Positions 1-10,293 are shown, counted from the first letter of the stretch. The stretch: DNA of 64,000 nucleotides from Pseudomonadota bacterium (GCA_040758375.1 JBFLWE010000020.1:1202-65201), one strand, 5' to 3'. Numbers and translations: made by a program. Notes: a model not told the origin generated them from the letters alone.

Positions 1-153
1 CTCGAACTGCACCCGGCGCGCCCGCTGCGTGAGGTCGCCGGACACCACCAGCACGTGCGGCGCCAGTGCGTGCACGCGCTCGGCCAGCGGCTGCAGCAGC
101 CGCTCGTCGACGCGGCCGAAGTGCAGGTCGGACAGGTGCACGATCTTGCGCAT
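1..153 (-). CDS. metallophosphoesterase (calcineurin-like), N-terminal part; continues past the window start
   Basis: Reverse-strand ATG at 151-153. Translation MRKIVHLSDLHFGRVDERLLQPLAERVHALAPHVLVVSGDLTQRARRVQFE carries the DxH (SDLHFG) and GD (SGDL) metal-binding motifs. It is too short to appear in the ORF track. Confidence 0.55.
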   Translation of the reverse strand, partial: MRKIVHLSDLHFGRVDERLLQPLAERVHALAPHVLVVSGDLTQRARRVQFE

Positions 154-301
154 GGCCACGGCAGCGGTGCAAACCGGATGCCGGGCGTGGGGATTGCCGC
201 GCCGCGAAGGCCCCGCCCGCGATGACCCCTGGCGCGATGACCCTTGCGCGCGATGGCCTTTCGCCGCATCGGGGCAAGCCCGTGCTGCTTACAGTTCGCC
301 C

Positions 302-1540
302 ATGACCGCCACGCCCCGCCTGTCCGTCCCGAAGGAAAAACTCAAGTTCGTGCTGCTCGAGGGCATCCACCCCTCGGCGGTGCAGACGCTGCAGGCCGAG
401 GGCTACAGCCAGATCGTCACCGCGCCCAAGGCGCTCAACGGCGAGGAGCTGGCCACCGCGATCGCCGACGCCCACTTCGTGGGCATCCGCTCGCGCTCGC
501 ACCTGACCGAGCAGGTGCTGGCGCGTGCGACCAAGCTCACCGCCATCGGCGCCTTCTGCATCGGCACCAACCAGATCGACCTGGGCGCCGCGCTGCGCCG
601 CGGCATCCCGGTGTTCAACGCGCCGTTTTCCAACACGCGCAGCGTGGCCGAGCTGGTGCTGGCCGAGGTGATCATGCTGATGCGCGGCATCCCGCACAAG
701 AACGCGGTGCTGCACCGCAACGGCTGGGTCAAGAGCGCCGCCGGCTCGTATGAAGTGCGCGGCAAGACGCTGGGCATCGTGGGCTACGGCCACATCGGCA
801 CGCAGGTGGGCGTGCTGGCCGAGCAGCTGGGCATGCAGGTGGTTTTCCACGACATCGAGGCCAAGCTGCCGCTGGGCAATGCGCGGCCGCTGCCGTCGCT
901 CGACGCGCTGCTGGAAGCCGCCGACGTGGTGACGCTGCACGTGCCCGAGACGCCGGCCACGCAGAACATGATCGGCGCGCTGCAGCTGGCGAAGATGAAG
1001 CCGGGCGCGCACCTGATCAATGCCTCGCGCGGCACGGTGGTCGACATTGATGCGCTGGTGGGCGCGCTGGACACCGGCCACATCGCCGGCGCCGCGATCG
1101 ACGTGTTCCCGGTCGAGCCACAAGGCAACGACGCGCGCTTCGAGTCGCCGCTCACGCGCTTCGACAACGTGCTGCTCACGCCCCACATCGGCGGTTCCAC
1201 CGCCGAGGCGCAGGAAAACATCGGCCGCGAGGTGGCGGCCAAGCTGGTGCGCTATTCCGACAACGGCTCCACCGTGAGCGCGGTCAACTTCCCCGAGGTG
1301 TCGCTGCCCGAGCACACCGGCCGCTGCCGGCTGCTGCACATCCACCGCAACGTGCCCGGGGTGATGGCGCGCATCAACGAGCGCTTTTCCGAAGCCGGCA
1401 TCAACATCGCCGCGCAGTACCTGCGCACCAACGAGGAAGTGGGCTACGTGGTGATCGACGTGGACACCACGGCCAGCCAGGTGGCGCTGGAAGAGCTGTG
1501 CGGCATACCGGGCACCATCCGCTGCCGCATCCTCTACTGA
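302..1540 (+). CDS. serA: D-3-phosphoglycerate dehydrogenase
   Basis: The internal ATG at 302 of ORF 29..1540 gives 412 aa starting MTATPRLSVPKEKLKFVLLEGIH. It has the NAD-binding GIVGYGHIG motif, a 2-hydroxyacid dehydrogenase core and a C-terminal ACT-like region. The 91-codon upstream extension is Arg/Ala-rich junk. Confidence 0.9.
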   Translation: MTATPRLSVPKEKLKFVLLEGIHPSAVQTLQAEGYSQIVTAPKALNGEELATAIADAHFVGIRSRSHLTEQVLARATKLTAIGAFCIGTNQIDLGAALRRGIPVFNAPFSNTRSVAELVLAEVIMLMRGIPHKNAVLHRNGWVKSAAGSYEVRGKTLGIVGYGHIGTQVGVLAEQLGMQVVFHDIEAKLPLGNARPLPSLDALLEAADVVTLHVPETPATQNMIGALQLAKMKPGAHLINASRGTVVDIDALVGALDTGHIAGAAIDVFPVEPQGNDARFESPLTRFDNVLLTPHIGGSTAEAQENIGREVAAKLVRYSDNGSTVSAVNFPEVSLPEHTGRCRLLHIHRNVPGVMARINERFSEAGINIAAQYLRTNEEVGYVVIDVDTTASQVALEELCGIPGTIRCRILY

Positions 1541-1556
1541 CGGGCCGGCACGCGTT

Positions 1557-1937
1557 TCAGCTGTCGATCTCCCACAAGTGCCCGCAGCGCCGGCACTGCA
1601 CGCGCCAGCGCCGCCCGCCCTCGCTGTCGGCCAGCAGGTTCCATTGCGCGTAGCTCTTGCAGGCCGGGCAGGCCGCCTGGTTGGCCACATACTCGGCGTG
1701 CATCAGCAGGTACAGGTAGCGCCGCAGCGCCCAGACACCGATCACGCCGCTGGTGAGCGCACACCCCGCCAGCACCACCCGCTGGCCGAGCGGCAGCTGG
1801 GCGCTGAAGACCTCGGCCGTGCTGAACAGCGCCACCGCGCACAGCAGCAGCAGCACCAGGTGCAGATGGCTCTGTGTGAGCTCGCTTTGGTACCAGCGCT
1901 GGAAGCCTTGGCTGCGCACTCTCTGGATCGCTGTCAT
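1557..1937 (-). CDS. hypothetical membrane protein with C-terminal CxxC...CxxC zinc-ribbon
   Basis: ATG at 1935-1937 (Met16 of ORF 1557..1982). Two hydrophobic helices (LHLVLLLLCAVALF, VVLAGCALTSGVIGVWAL) are followed by CPACK...CRRCGH. Confidence 0.5.
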   Translation of the reverse strand: MTAIQRVRSQGFQRWYQSELTQSHLHLVLLLLCAVALFSTAEVFSAQLPLGQRVVLAGCALTSGVIGVWALRRYLYLLMHAEYVANQAACPACKSYAQWNLLADSEGGRRWRVQCRRCGHLWEIDS

Positions 1938-2213
1938 GGGGCCCGCCTTTCCCGCCCGCCCCGCTTGCGCGAGGCCTGCCACGGCACGATGTTCTCACCG
2001 TGCGGCCCCTGTCGCAAACAGCGTGCCGCCCGTGTCCCGGGGTGAGGCGGCGCCTGGGCCAGAATAGCCGGCCTCGCCGCGGCCACCCCCGGGACAACCC
2101 CAGGGCTGTCTAGACAAGCAGTCACAAATCCTGCTTTGCCCCTATTGCCCCGCACAAACGGTGGCCTAGACTCGCGCGACTTCGATCCATCCTCACAAGG
2201 GACGCAACAGGCC

Positions 2214-3827
2214 ATGAAGAAACCCTTCAAACCCGCCGCCTCGATCCGCCACGCCGCCGTGCTGGCCACCGCGCTGTGCGCCTTCGGCGCCCAGGCGGCC
2301 ACCACGCTGATCTACTGCTCCGAAGGCAGCCCCGAAGGCTTCGATCCCGCGCGCTACACCGCCGGCACGACCTTCAACGCCAGCTCGCAGGCCATCTTCA
2401 ACCGCATCGTCGAGTTCGAGATCGGCGGCACGCGCGTGATCCCCGCGCTGGCCGAGAAGTGGGACATCAGCGCCGACGGCCTGACCTACACCTTCCACCT
2501 GCGCAAGGGCGTCAAGTTCCACAGCACCGACTGGTTCAAGCCCAGCCGCGACTTCAACGCCGACGACGTGGTGTTCACCTTCGAGCGCATGCTCAACAAG
2601 GAGCATGCGTTCAACAAGGCCACGCAGCCGGCGCCCAGCTTCGAGTACGCGCAGGACATGGGCCTGCCCGACAACATCGCCAAGGTGGAAAAGGTCGACC
2701 CGCAGACCGTTCGCTTCACGCTGAAGAAGGTGGACGCCGCCTTCCTGGCCAACCTGGCGATGGACTTCGCCTCGGTGCACTCGGCCGAATACGCCGACCA
2801 GCTGCTCAAGGCCAACGCCGCCAACGACCTGAACACCAAGCCGGTGGGCACCGGCCCGTTCGTGTTCCGCCGCTACGAGAAGGACGCGCAGATCCGCTAC
2901 GCCGCCAACCCGCAATACTGGCGCGGCAAGGCCAAGATCGACAACCTGATCTTCGCCATCACGCCCGACTCGGCCGTGCGCATGAACAAGCTCAAGGCCG
3001 GCGAGTGCCAGATGTCGGTGTATCCGAAGCCGGCCGAGGTGGAGGTGCTGAAGAAGGACCCCAACATCAAGCTGGTGCACGAGAACGGCCTGAACATCGG
3101 CTACCTCTCGCTGAACGTCAAGCACAAGCCCTTCGACAACCTCGACGTGCGCCGCGCGATCAACATGGCCGTCAACAAGAAGGCCATCGTCGACGCGGTG
3201 TACCAGGGCGCCGGCCAGGTGGCGGTGAACCCCATTCCGCCGGCGATGTGGTCCTACAACAAGAACGTGAAGGACTACGAGTACAACCCCGCCAAGGCCA
3301 AGGAGCTGCTGGCCAAGGCCGGCTTCGCCAACGGCTTCGAGACCAAGCTGTGGGCACTGCCGGTGCAGCGCCCCTACAACCCCAACGGCTCGCAGATGGC
3401 CGAGATGGTGCAGGCCGACCTGGCCAAGGTGGGCATCAAGGCGCAGATCGTCAAGTACGAGTGGGCCGAGTACCTCAAGCGCGCCAAGGAAGGCGAAAGC
3501 GACATCGGCATGTTCGGCTGGACCGGCGACAACGGCGACCCCGACAACTTCCTCGCCACGCTGCTGTCGTGCGCCGCGGTCGGCGGCTCCAACTACGCCC
3601 AGTGGTGCGACAAGGAGTACGACGACCTGGTCAACAAGGCCAAGCAGACCACCAAGGTGGCCGAGCGCACCAAGCTCTACGAAAAGGCGCAAGAGGTGGC
3701 CAAGCGCGAAGCCGTGTGGGTGCCGATCGCGCACTCGGTGGTCTACCAGCCGATGCGCAAGAACGTCGAGGGCTACAAGATGAGCCCGTTCGGCTCCGTG
3801 CAGTTCTACGGCGTGAGCGTGAAATGA
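2214..3827 (+). CDS. dppA: dipeptide ABC transporter periplasmic substrate-binding protein (family 5)
   Basis: ATG at 2214 (Met27 of ORF 2136..3827). The signal peptide ends AFGAQA. The sequence is collinear with E. coli DppA as recalled (TLIYCSEGSPEGF, AEKWDISADGLTYTFHLRKGVKFH, GWTGDNGDPDNF). Confidence 0.9.
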   Translation: MKKPFKPAASIRHAAVLATALCAFGAQAATTLIYCSEGSPEGFDPARYTAGTTFNASSQAIFNRIVEFEIGGTRVIPALAEKWDISADGLTYTFHLRKGVKFHSTDWFKPSRDFNADDVVFTFERMLNKEHAFNKATQPAPSFEYAQDMGLPDNIAKVEKVDPQTVRFTLKKVDAAFLANLAMDFASVHSAEYADQLLKANAANDLNTKPVGTGPFVFRRYEKDAQIRYAANPQYWRGKAKIDNLIFAITPDSAVRMNKLKAGECQMSVYPKPAEVEVLKKDPNIKLVHENGLNIGYLSLNVKHKPFDNLDVRRAINMAVNKKAIVDAVYQGAGQVAVNPIPPAMWSYNKNVKDYEYNPAKAKELLAKAGFANGFETKLWALPVQRPYNPNGSQMAEMVQADLAKVGIKAQIVKYEWAEYLKRAKEGESDIGMFGWTGDNGDPDNFLATLLSCAAVGGSNYAQWCDKEYDDLVNKAKQTTKVAERTKLYEKAQEVAKREAVWVPIAHSVVYQPMRKNVEGYKMSPFGSVQFYGVSVK

Positions 3828-3854
3828 ACCACCCCCGGAGCGCCTGCGGCGCCT

Positions 3855-3868
3855 CCCCCTCAAGGGGG
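3855..3868. repeat. C5-N4-G5 mini-hairpin (CCCCCTCAAGGGGG) in the dppA-M13 spacer; member of a loose intergenic GC-hairpin class
   Basis: Similar units occur at 11228-11242 (GCCCCCCGAGGGGGC), 37984-37998 (CCCCTCTCGGAGGGG) and 53189-53207 (CCCCCTCaagcaGAGGGGG). Confidence 0.3.
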
Positions 3869-4024
3869 CAACACCAGCAGACCGGCGCAGCCGGATCTGC
3901 GGTGTTCGCTGGGCTGCGGCCGCTGGACGCGGCGCAGAGGTAATCCGCAGGCCTGGCGGCCTCGGCTTGATGCCTGGCCCACCGGCCGGGCATCGTTGTT
4001 TGAAACGTCCACGAGACGAGATCC

Positions 4025-6061
4025 ATGAAACTCCATCGCATCGCGCTCGCAGCGCTCGTGCTGCAGGCCCTGGCCGGCTGCGCCGCCGGGCCGTCCAGCG
4101 GCCCCGCCGCCGGCGCGCTTTCCGGCATCGACAAGACGGCGCTCGACCCCGCCGTGCGCCCGCAGGACGACCTGTTCCGCGCCGCCAACGGCCGCTGGTT
4201 GAAGACCACGCAGATCCCGGCCGACAAGTCCGACTGGGGCATCGTGCGCGAGATGCGCGACCGCTCCGACGCGCGCGTGCGCGCCATCGTCGAAGACCTG
4301 GCCAAGGGCACGCACGCGCCCGGCAGCATCGAGCAGAAGATCGGCGACTTCTACGCCAGCTTCATGGACGAGGCCGCGATCGACGCCGCCGGCCTGCAGC
4401 CGCTGCAGCCCTGGCTGGCCGAGATCGACGCATTGAAGACACCCGCCGAGCTGGCGCGCCTGATCGGCCGTCTGCAGGGCATGGTGGACACGCCGCTGGC
4501 CGTGGTGGTGTACCCCGACGCCAAGGACCCCGGCACCTACCGCGCGCTCACCTGGCAGGACGGCCTGGGCCTGCCCGACCGCGACTACTACCTCAAGGAC
4601 GACGAGCGCTTCGCCAAGGCGCGCACCGCCTACCAGGCCTACCTGGAAAAGCTGTTCGCGCTGGCCGGCGACCCGGCCGCGGCGGCCAACGCCAAGACCG
4701 TGTATGCGCTGGAGAAGCAGCTCGCCGAGGCGCAATGGCCGCGCGTGGACAACCGCAACCCGGTCAAGCGCTACAACCCCATGACGCCGGACGAGCTGGC
4801 GGCCCAGGCGCCCGGCTTCGACTGGCGCGCCTATTTCGCCGGCGCCGGGCTGCCGCCGCTGGACCGGCTGTCGGTGTCGCAGCCCAGCTACGCGGCCGCG
4901 TTCGCCAAGCTGGTGGCCACGCGCCCGCTCGCCGAGCACCGGTTGCTGCTGCGCGCGCGCCTGCTCGACGGCGCGGCCGACGTGCTGCCCAAGCCCTTCC
5001 GCGAGGCGCGCTTCGCGTTCCGCGACCAGGCGTTGCGTGGCGTGCAGCAGCCGCTACCGCGCTGGCAAAAAGCCACCGGCGCGCTCGACGCCGCGCTGGG
5101 CGAGGCCGTGGGCCAGATCTACGTGCAGCGCCATTTCCCGCCGGCCTACAAGGCGCGCATGCAGGAGCTGGTGGGCAAGCTGTTCGAGGCTTATGGCCAG
5201 TCGATCGACGGCGTGGCCTGGATGAGCCCGGCCACCAAGCTCAAGGCCAAGGAGAAGCTCGCCAAGTACTCGGTGAAGATCGGCTACCCCGAGGTGTGGC
5301 GCGACTACTCCCGGCTGGAGGTGCGGCGCGGCGACGCCTTCGGCAACGGGGTGCGCGCGGCGCGCTTCGAGTACGAGCGCCGCGCGGTGCGCGCCGGCCA
5401 GCCGGTGGACCGCCGCGAGTGGGGCATGACGCCGCAGACCGTCAACGCCTACTACAACCCGAGCTTCAACGAGATCGTGTTCCCCGCGGCGATCCTGGAG
5501 CCGCCGTACTTCGACATGCGCGCCGACGACGCCTTCAACTACGGCGCCATCGGCGCGACCATCGGCCACGAGATCAGCCACGGTTTCGACGACTCGGGCA
5601 GCCAGTACGACGGCGACGGCAAGCTCAACAACTGGTGGACCGAGGCCGACCGCAAGGCCTTCGAAGCGCTGGGCGCCAAGCTGGTGGAGCAGTTCGACGC
5701 CTACGAGCCGGTGCCCGGCCACAAGGTCAACGGCAAGCTCACGCTGGGCGAGAACATCGCCGACCTGTCGGGCCTGCAGATCGCCTACAAGGCCTGGAAG
5801 CTCTCGCTGCAAGGCCGCGAGGCGCCGGTGATCGACGGCTTCAGCGGCGAGCAGCGCTTCTTCATGGGCTACGCCCAGTCGTGGCGCGACAAGATGCGCG
5901 AGGAGCGCATGGTGCAGATCCTCGCCAGCGACCCGCACGCGCCTTCCGAATACCGCGCCAACGGACCCACCAGCCACATGGACGCCTTCCACCAGGGCAT
6001 CGGCACCAAGCCCGGCGACGGCATGTGGCGGCCCGCCGACCAGCGACTGCGCATCTGGTGA
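4025..6061 (+). CDS. M13 family zinc metallopeptidase (PepO / endothelin-converting-enzyme-like), lipoprotein
   Basis: 678 aa. Lipobox LQALAGC. HEISHGFDD (HExxH) zinc site, downstream GENIADLSG motif, typical M13 length. Confidence 0.85.
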   Translation: MKLHRIALAALVLQALAGCAAGPSSGPAAGALSGIDKTALDPAVRPQDDLFRAANGRWLKTTQIPADKSDWGIVREMRDRSDARVRAIVEDLAKGTHAPGSIEQKIGDFYASFMDEAAIDAAGLQPLQPWLAEIDALKTPAELARLIGRLQGMVDTPLAVVVYPDAKDPGTYRALTWQDGLGLPDRDYYLKDDERFAKARTAYQAYLEKLFALAGDPAAAANAKTVYALEKQLAEAQWPRVDNRNPVKRYNPMTPDELAAQAPGFDWRAYFAGAGLPPLDRLSVSQPSYAAAFAKLVATRPLAEHRLLLRARLLDGAADVLPKPFREARFAFRDQALRGVQQPLPRWQKATGALDAALGEAVGQIYVQRHFPPAYKARMQELVGKLFEAYGQSIDGVAWMSPATKLKAKEKLAKYSVKIGYPEVWRDYSRLEVRRGDAFGNGVRAARFEYERRAVRAGQPVDRREWGMTPQTVNAYYNPSFNEIVFPAAILEPPYFDMRADDAFNYGAIGATIGHEISHGFDDSGSQYDGDGKLNNWWTEADRKAFEALGAKLVEQFDAYEPVPGHKVNGKLTLGENIADLSGLQIAYKAWKLSLQGREAPVIDGFSGEQRFFMGYAQSWRDKMREERMVQILASDPHAPSEYRANGPTSHMDAFHQGIGTKPGDGMWRPADQRLRIW

Positions 6062-6100
6062 CCCTTGCACCGCTGGGATGAACTCCGCTTCCGACACGAC

Positions 6101-7678
6101 ATGAACATGCATCGACACCTGATCGCCTTCGCCGCCGCGCTGATGCTCGGCTCCGCCCACGCCGCCGGCACGCTGACCGTGTGCACCGAAGCCTCGCCCG
6201 ACGGCTTCGACATCGTGCAGTACGAGTCGGCGGTGACCAACGACGCCGCCGGCCGCACCCTCTACGACCAGCTGCTGGGCTTCAAGCCCGGCACCACCGA
6301 GGTGGTGCCCGGCCTGGCCGAGAAGTGGGAGATCAGCCCCGACGGCCTGACCTACACCTTCCACCTGCGCAAGGGCGTGAAGTTCCACACCACGCCCTGG
6401 TTCAAGCCCACGCGCGACCTCAACGCCGACGACGTGGTGTGGTCGATCAACCGGGTGAACGACAAGAACCATCCCGCCCACGGCGTGGCCAAGAACGGCT
6501 ACGTCTACTGGGAAGGCATGGGCATGAGCAAGCTGATCAAGTCGGTGGAGAAGGTCGATGCCCACACCGTGCGCATCACGCTCACGCGGCCCGAGGCGCC
6601 CTTCCTCGCCGACATGGCGATGGAGCCCATCGGCTCCATCTACTCGGCCGAATACGGCGAGCAGCTGCTCAAGGCCGGCAAGATCGGCGACATCAACACC
6701 CAGCCGGTGGGCAGCGGCCCCTTCATCTTCCAGAGCTACCAGAAGGACGCGGTGATCCGCTACACCGCCCACAAGCAGCACTGGCAGGGCGCACCCAAGG
6801 TCGACAAGCTGATCTTCGCGATCACCAACGACCCCAACGTGCGCATCCAGCGCCTGAAGGCGCAGGAGTGCCTGGTGGGCACCAACATGAAGCCCGAGCA
6901 GGCCGGCACCTTCGACAAGGACCCCAACGTCAGGATCGTGCGCAACAACGCGCTGCTCACCTTCTACATCGCGCCCAACGCCAAGCGCAAATGGGTGTCG
7001 GACAAGCGCCTGCGCGAAGCGCTGTGGCACGCCTGGGACAAGAAGACCTTCGTGCAGGCCATCTACGGCGGCAACGCCACGCCGGCGGCCACCTTCCTGC
7101 CGCCCAGCATGTGGAGCCACGACAAGAGCCTGAAGGACCGGCAGGACGTCGAGAAAGCCCGGCAGCTGGTCAAGGCCAGCGGCTACGACGGCAGCGAGCT
7201 GGTGGTGTTCGTGCGCATCGGCGGCTCCATCGACGGCAAGCGCGCCGCCGAGCTGATGCAGGCCGACTGGGCCAAGGCCGGCATCAAGGTGCGGCTGCAG
7301 ATGATGGAGTGGGGCGAGATGCTCAAGCGCAGCGGCAAGGGCGAGCACGACATCACCTTCCTCAACTGGGCCGGCGACAACGGCGACCCCGACAACTTCC
7401 TCACGCCCAACCTGAGCTGCGCCGCGGTGGAAGGCGGCGGCAACAAGAGCCAGTGGTGCAACAAGCAGTTCGACGAGCTGCTCGACGCCGCGCGCAAGGC
7501 CACCGACCACAAGAAGCGCATCGAGCTCTACACCAAGGCGCAGAGGCTGGTGTACGACGACGTGGGCCTGATCCCCGGCGTGTACCCGGTGTACATGACG
7601 GCAGTGAACAAGCGCGTGTCGGGCTACATCCCCGATCCGTTCACGCACAACGACTTCCGCTCGGTCAGCGTCAAATGA
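6101..7678 (+). CDS. family-5 peptide ABC substrate-binding protein, DppA paralogue 2
   Basis: ATG at 6101 (Met13 of ORF 6065..7678). Signal peptide MNMHRHLIAFAAALMLGSAHA. Motifs TLTVCTEASPDGF, AEKWEISPDGLTYTFHLRKGVKFH, NWAGDNGDPDNF. Confidence 0.88.
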   Translation: MNMHRHLIAFAAALMLGSAHAAGTLTVCTEASPDGFDIVQYESAVTNDAAGRTLYDQLLGFKPGTTEVVPGLAEKWEISPDGLTYTFHLRKGVKFHTTPWFKPTRDLNADDVVWSINRVNDKNHPAHGVAKNGYVYWEGMGMSKLIKSVEKVDAHTVRITLTRPEAPFLADMAMEPIGSIYSAEYGEQLLKAGKIGDINTQPVGSGPFIFQSYQKDAVIRYTAHKQHWQGAPKVDKLIFAITNDPNVRIQRLKAQECLVGTNMKPEQAGTFDKDPNVRIVRNNALLTFYIAPNAKRKWVSDKRLREALWHAWDKKTFVQAIYGGNATPAATFLPPSMWSHDKSLKDRQDVEKARQLVKASGYDGSELVVFVRIGGSIDGKRAAELMQADWAKAGIKVRLQMMEWGEMLKRSGKGEHDITFLNWAGDNGDPDNFLTPNLSCAAVEGGGNKSQWCNKQFDELLDAARKATDHKKRIELYTKAQRLVYDDVGLIPGVYPVYMTAVNKRVSGYIPDPFTHNDFRSVSVK

Positions 7679-9243
7679 AGCCGCTGCACGTTCTGGTGGC
7701 GGCCGGGCTGGCGCTGTGCGGTGCCGCCCAGGCCGCCGGCACGCTCACCTTCTGCATCGAAGGCGCCCCGGAAGGCTTTGACATCGCGCAGTACGAGACC
7801 ATCGTCACCAACGACGCCGCCGGCCTCACGCTGTACGACACGCTGCTGCAGATGAAGCCCGGCACCACCCAGGTGGAGCCCGCGCTGGCCGAGCGCTGGG
7901 AGGTCAGCGCCGACGGCAAGGTGTACACGCTGCACCTGCGCAAGGGCGTTCAGTTCCACACCACGCCCTGGTTCAAGCCCACGCGCGAACTCAACGCCGA
8001 CGACGTGGTGTGGTCGCTCAGCCGCATCAACGACAAGCAGCATCCGGCGCATGCGGCCGCTCGCAACGGCTTTCCCTATTGGGCCGGCATGAGCATGCCC
8101 GCGCTGGTCAAGTCGGTCCGCAAGGCCGGCCCGATGAGCGTGCGCATCGAGCTCACGCGGCCCGAGGCCGCGTTTCCCGCCAACCTGACCATGACCTCCA
8201 TCGCCTCGGTGTACTCGGCCGAATACGGCGAGCAGCTCGCCAGGGCCGGCAAGCTGGAGCAGCTGAACACCCAGCCGGTGGGCACCGGCCCCTTCATGCT
8301 CAAGAGCTACCAGAAGGACGCGGTGATCCGCTACAGCGCGCACAAGCCCTGGTGGGGCGGCGCGCCGAAAGTGGACCACCTGGTGTTCGCCGTCACGGTG
8401 GACAACGCCGTGCTGGTGCAGCGCCTGAAGGCCGGCGAGTGCATGGTGGGGCGGCTGGCCAACGACAAGGCCGCGGCCTTCGCCAACGACCCCAAGTTCA
8501 CGCTGGTGCGCAGCAAGCCGCTGACCACCACCTACGTCGCGCCCAACGCCCAACGCCCGTTCACCGGCGACAAGCGCTTGCGCCAGGCGCTGTCGCTTGC
8601 GATCGACCGCGCGGCCATCGTGCAGTCGGTCTACGGCGGCGAGGCCGAGATCGCGGGCAGCTTCCTGCCACCGGGCATCTGGAGCCACGATCCGCAGCTC
8701 AAGGAAGCGCGCGACCTCGACAAGGCCCGGCAGCTGGTCAAGGCCAGCGGCTACGACGGCCGCGAGCTGCAGCTGTTCGCCACCGCCGGCAAGAGCGACG
8801 TCAAGCGCTTCGTCGAGCTGCTGCAGGCCGACTGGGCGCGCATCGGCGTGAAGGTCGCCGTGCGCCTGATGGAGCTGGGCGAGCTGTACAAGCGCACCGG
8901 CCAGGGCGAGCACGACCTGGCCCTGCTCAGCTGGTACAGCGACAACGGCGACCCCGACAACTTCTTCACCCCCAATCTCGCCTGCGCCGCGGTGGAAGGC
9001 GGCGGCAACAAGGCGCGCTGGTGCGATCCGCGCTTCGATGCGCTGCTGTCGCGGGCACGCGCCACCACCGACTTCAAGCAGCGCACCGAGGCCTACGCCC
9101 AGGCGCAGCGCCTGCTGCACGACGAGGCGGGCGTGCTGCCGCTGGCGCACCGCTACGGGCTGGTGGCGGTGGACAAGCGGGTCACCGGCTTCGTGGCCAC
9201 GCCCTTCGGCGGCCACGACTTCCGCGCCGCCGGCGTCAAGTAG
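7675..9243 (+). CDS. family-5 peptide ABC substrate-binding protein, DppA paralogue 3
   Basis: The ATG at 7675 overlaps the TGA of the previous gene (ATGA). It starts MKPLHVLVAAGLALCGAAQA plus TLTFCIEGAPEGF. Only the last 522 codons of the 1020-aa ORF 6181..9243 are real. Confidence 0.88.
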   Translation: MKPLHVLVAAGLALCGAAQAAGTLTFCIEGAPEGFDIAQYETIVTNDAAGLTLYDTLLQMKPGTTQVEPALAERWEVSADGKVYTLHLRKGVQFHTTPWFKPTRELNADDVVWSLSRINDKQHPAHAAARNGFPYWAGMSMPALVKSVRKAGPMSVRIELTRPEAAFPANLTMTSIASVYSAEYGEQLARAGKLEQLNTQPVGTGPFMLKSYQKDAVIRYSAHKPWWGGAPKVDHLVFAVTVDNAVLVQRLKAGECMVGRLANDKAAAFANDPKFTLVRSKPLTTTYVAPNAQRPFTGDKRLRQALSLAIDRAAIVQSVYGGEAEIAGSFLPPGIWSHDPQLKEARDLDKARQLVKASGYDGRELQLFATAGKSDVKRFVELLQADWARIGVKVAVRLMELGELYKRTGQGEHDLALLSWYSDNGDPDNFFTPNLACAAVEGGGNKARWCDPRFDALLSRARATTDFKQRTEAYAQAQRLLHDEAGVLPLAHRYGLVAVDKRVTGFVATPFGGHDFRAAGVK

Positions 9244-9254
9244 AGGCTCACCCC

Positions 9255-10283
9255 ATGCTCGGATTCCTGCTGCGCCGCGTGGCGCTGGTGGTCCCCACCT
9301 TCCTCGGCATCACGCTGCTGGCGTTCTCGCTGATCCACCTGATCCCCGGCGACCCGGTGCAGGTGATGGCCGGCGAGCGCCGGCTCGACCCTGAATTCCA
9401 CAAGCAGGTGCTGCACCAGCTGGGCCTGGACCTGCCCCTGTGGCAGCAGTACCTCAACTACCTGGGCAAGGCGGTGCGGCTCGACCTCGGCGAGTCGTTC
9501 GTCACCCACGAGCCGGTGTGGAGCGAGTTCACCAAGCTGTTCCCCGCCACGCTGGAGCTGTCGCTGTGCGCCATCGTGTTCGCCACGGTGCTCGGGCTGC
9601 TGGCCGGCGTGCTGGCGGCCATCAAGCGCGGTTCCTGGCTGGACCATGGCGTGATGGGCCTGTCGCTCACCGGCTTCTCGATGCCGATCTTCTGGTGGGG
9701 CCTGCTGCTGATCATGTTCTTCTCGGTGGGCCTGCGCGACATCGCGCCCGAATGGGCGCTGCCGGTGTCCGGGCGCATGGCGCTGGAGTTCGACATCGCC
9801 CCGCGCACCGGCTTCATGCTGGTGGACGCCTGGCTCTCGGGCGAGGAAGGCGCGCTGAAGTCGGCGCTGTCGCACCTGGTGCTGCCGTCCATCGTGCTGG
9901 GCACCATACCGCTGGCGGTGATCGCGCGCATGACGCGCTCGAGCATGCTGGAGGTGCTGCGCGAGGACTACGTGCGCACCGCCAAGGCCAAGGGCCTGTC
10001 GCCGGCGCGCATCGTGTTCGTGCATGCGCTGCGCAACGCGCTGGTGCCGGTGATCACCGTGATCGGCCTGCAGGTGGGCACGCTGCTGGCGGGCGCGGTG
10101 CTCACCGAGACCATCTTCTCCTGGCCGGGCATCGGCAAGTGGCTGATCGACGCGATCGCGCGGCGCGACTATCCGGTCGTGCAGGGCGGCATCCTGATCG
10201 TGGCCACGCTGGTGATCCTGGTGAACCTGCTGGTGGACCTGATGTACGGCCTGGTCAACCCCCGTATTCGACACGCAAAGTAA
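9255..10283 (+). CDS. dppB: dipeptide ABC transporter permease
   Basis: ATG at 9255. The 342-aa product is near-collinear with E. coli DppB as recalled (MLGFLLRRVALVVPTFLGITLLAF...IPGDP...VNPRIRH). Confidence 0.9.
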   Translation: MLGFLLRRVALVVPTFLGITLLAFSLIHLIPGDPVQVMAGERRLDPEFHKQVLHQLGLDLPLWQQYLNYLGKAVRLDLGESFVTHEPVWSEFTKLFPATLELSLCAIVFATVLGLLAGVLAAIKRGSWLDHGVMGLSLTGFSMPIFWWGLLLIMFFSVGLRDIAPEWALPVSGRMALEFDIAPRTGFMLVDAWLSGEEGALKSALSHLVLPSIVLGTIPLAVIARMTRSSMLEVLREDYVRTAKAKGLSPARIVFVHALRNALVPVITVIGLQVGTLLAGAVLTETIFSWPGIGKWLIDAIARRDYPVVQGGILIVATLVILVNLLVDLMYGLVNPRIRHAK

Positions 10284-10293
10284 GGGACCGCGC

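Noticed and set aside
6181-9243. A 1020-aa plus-strand ORF that appears to span two SBP genes.
   Set aside because: The first 498 codons are an out-of-frame read through dppA paralogue 2 (Arg/Pro/Gly-rich nonsense). Only the segment from the ATG at 7675 has a signal peptide and SBP motifs.
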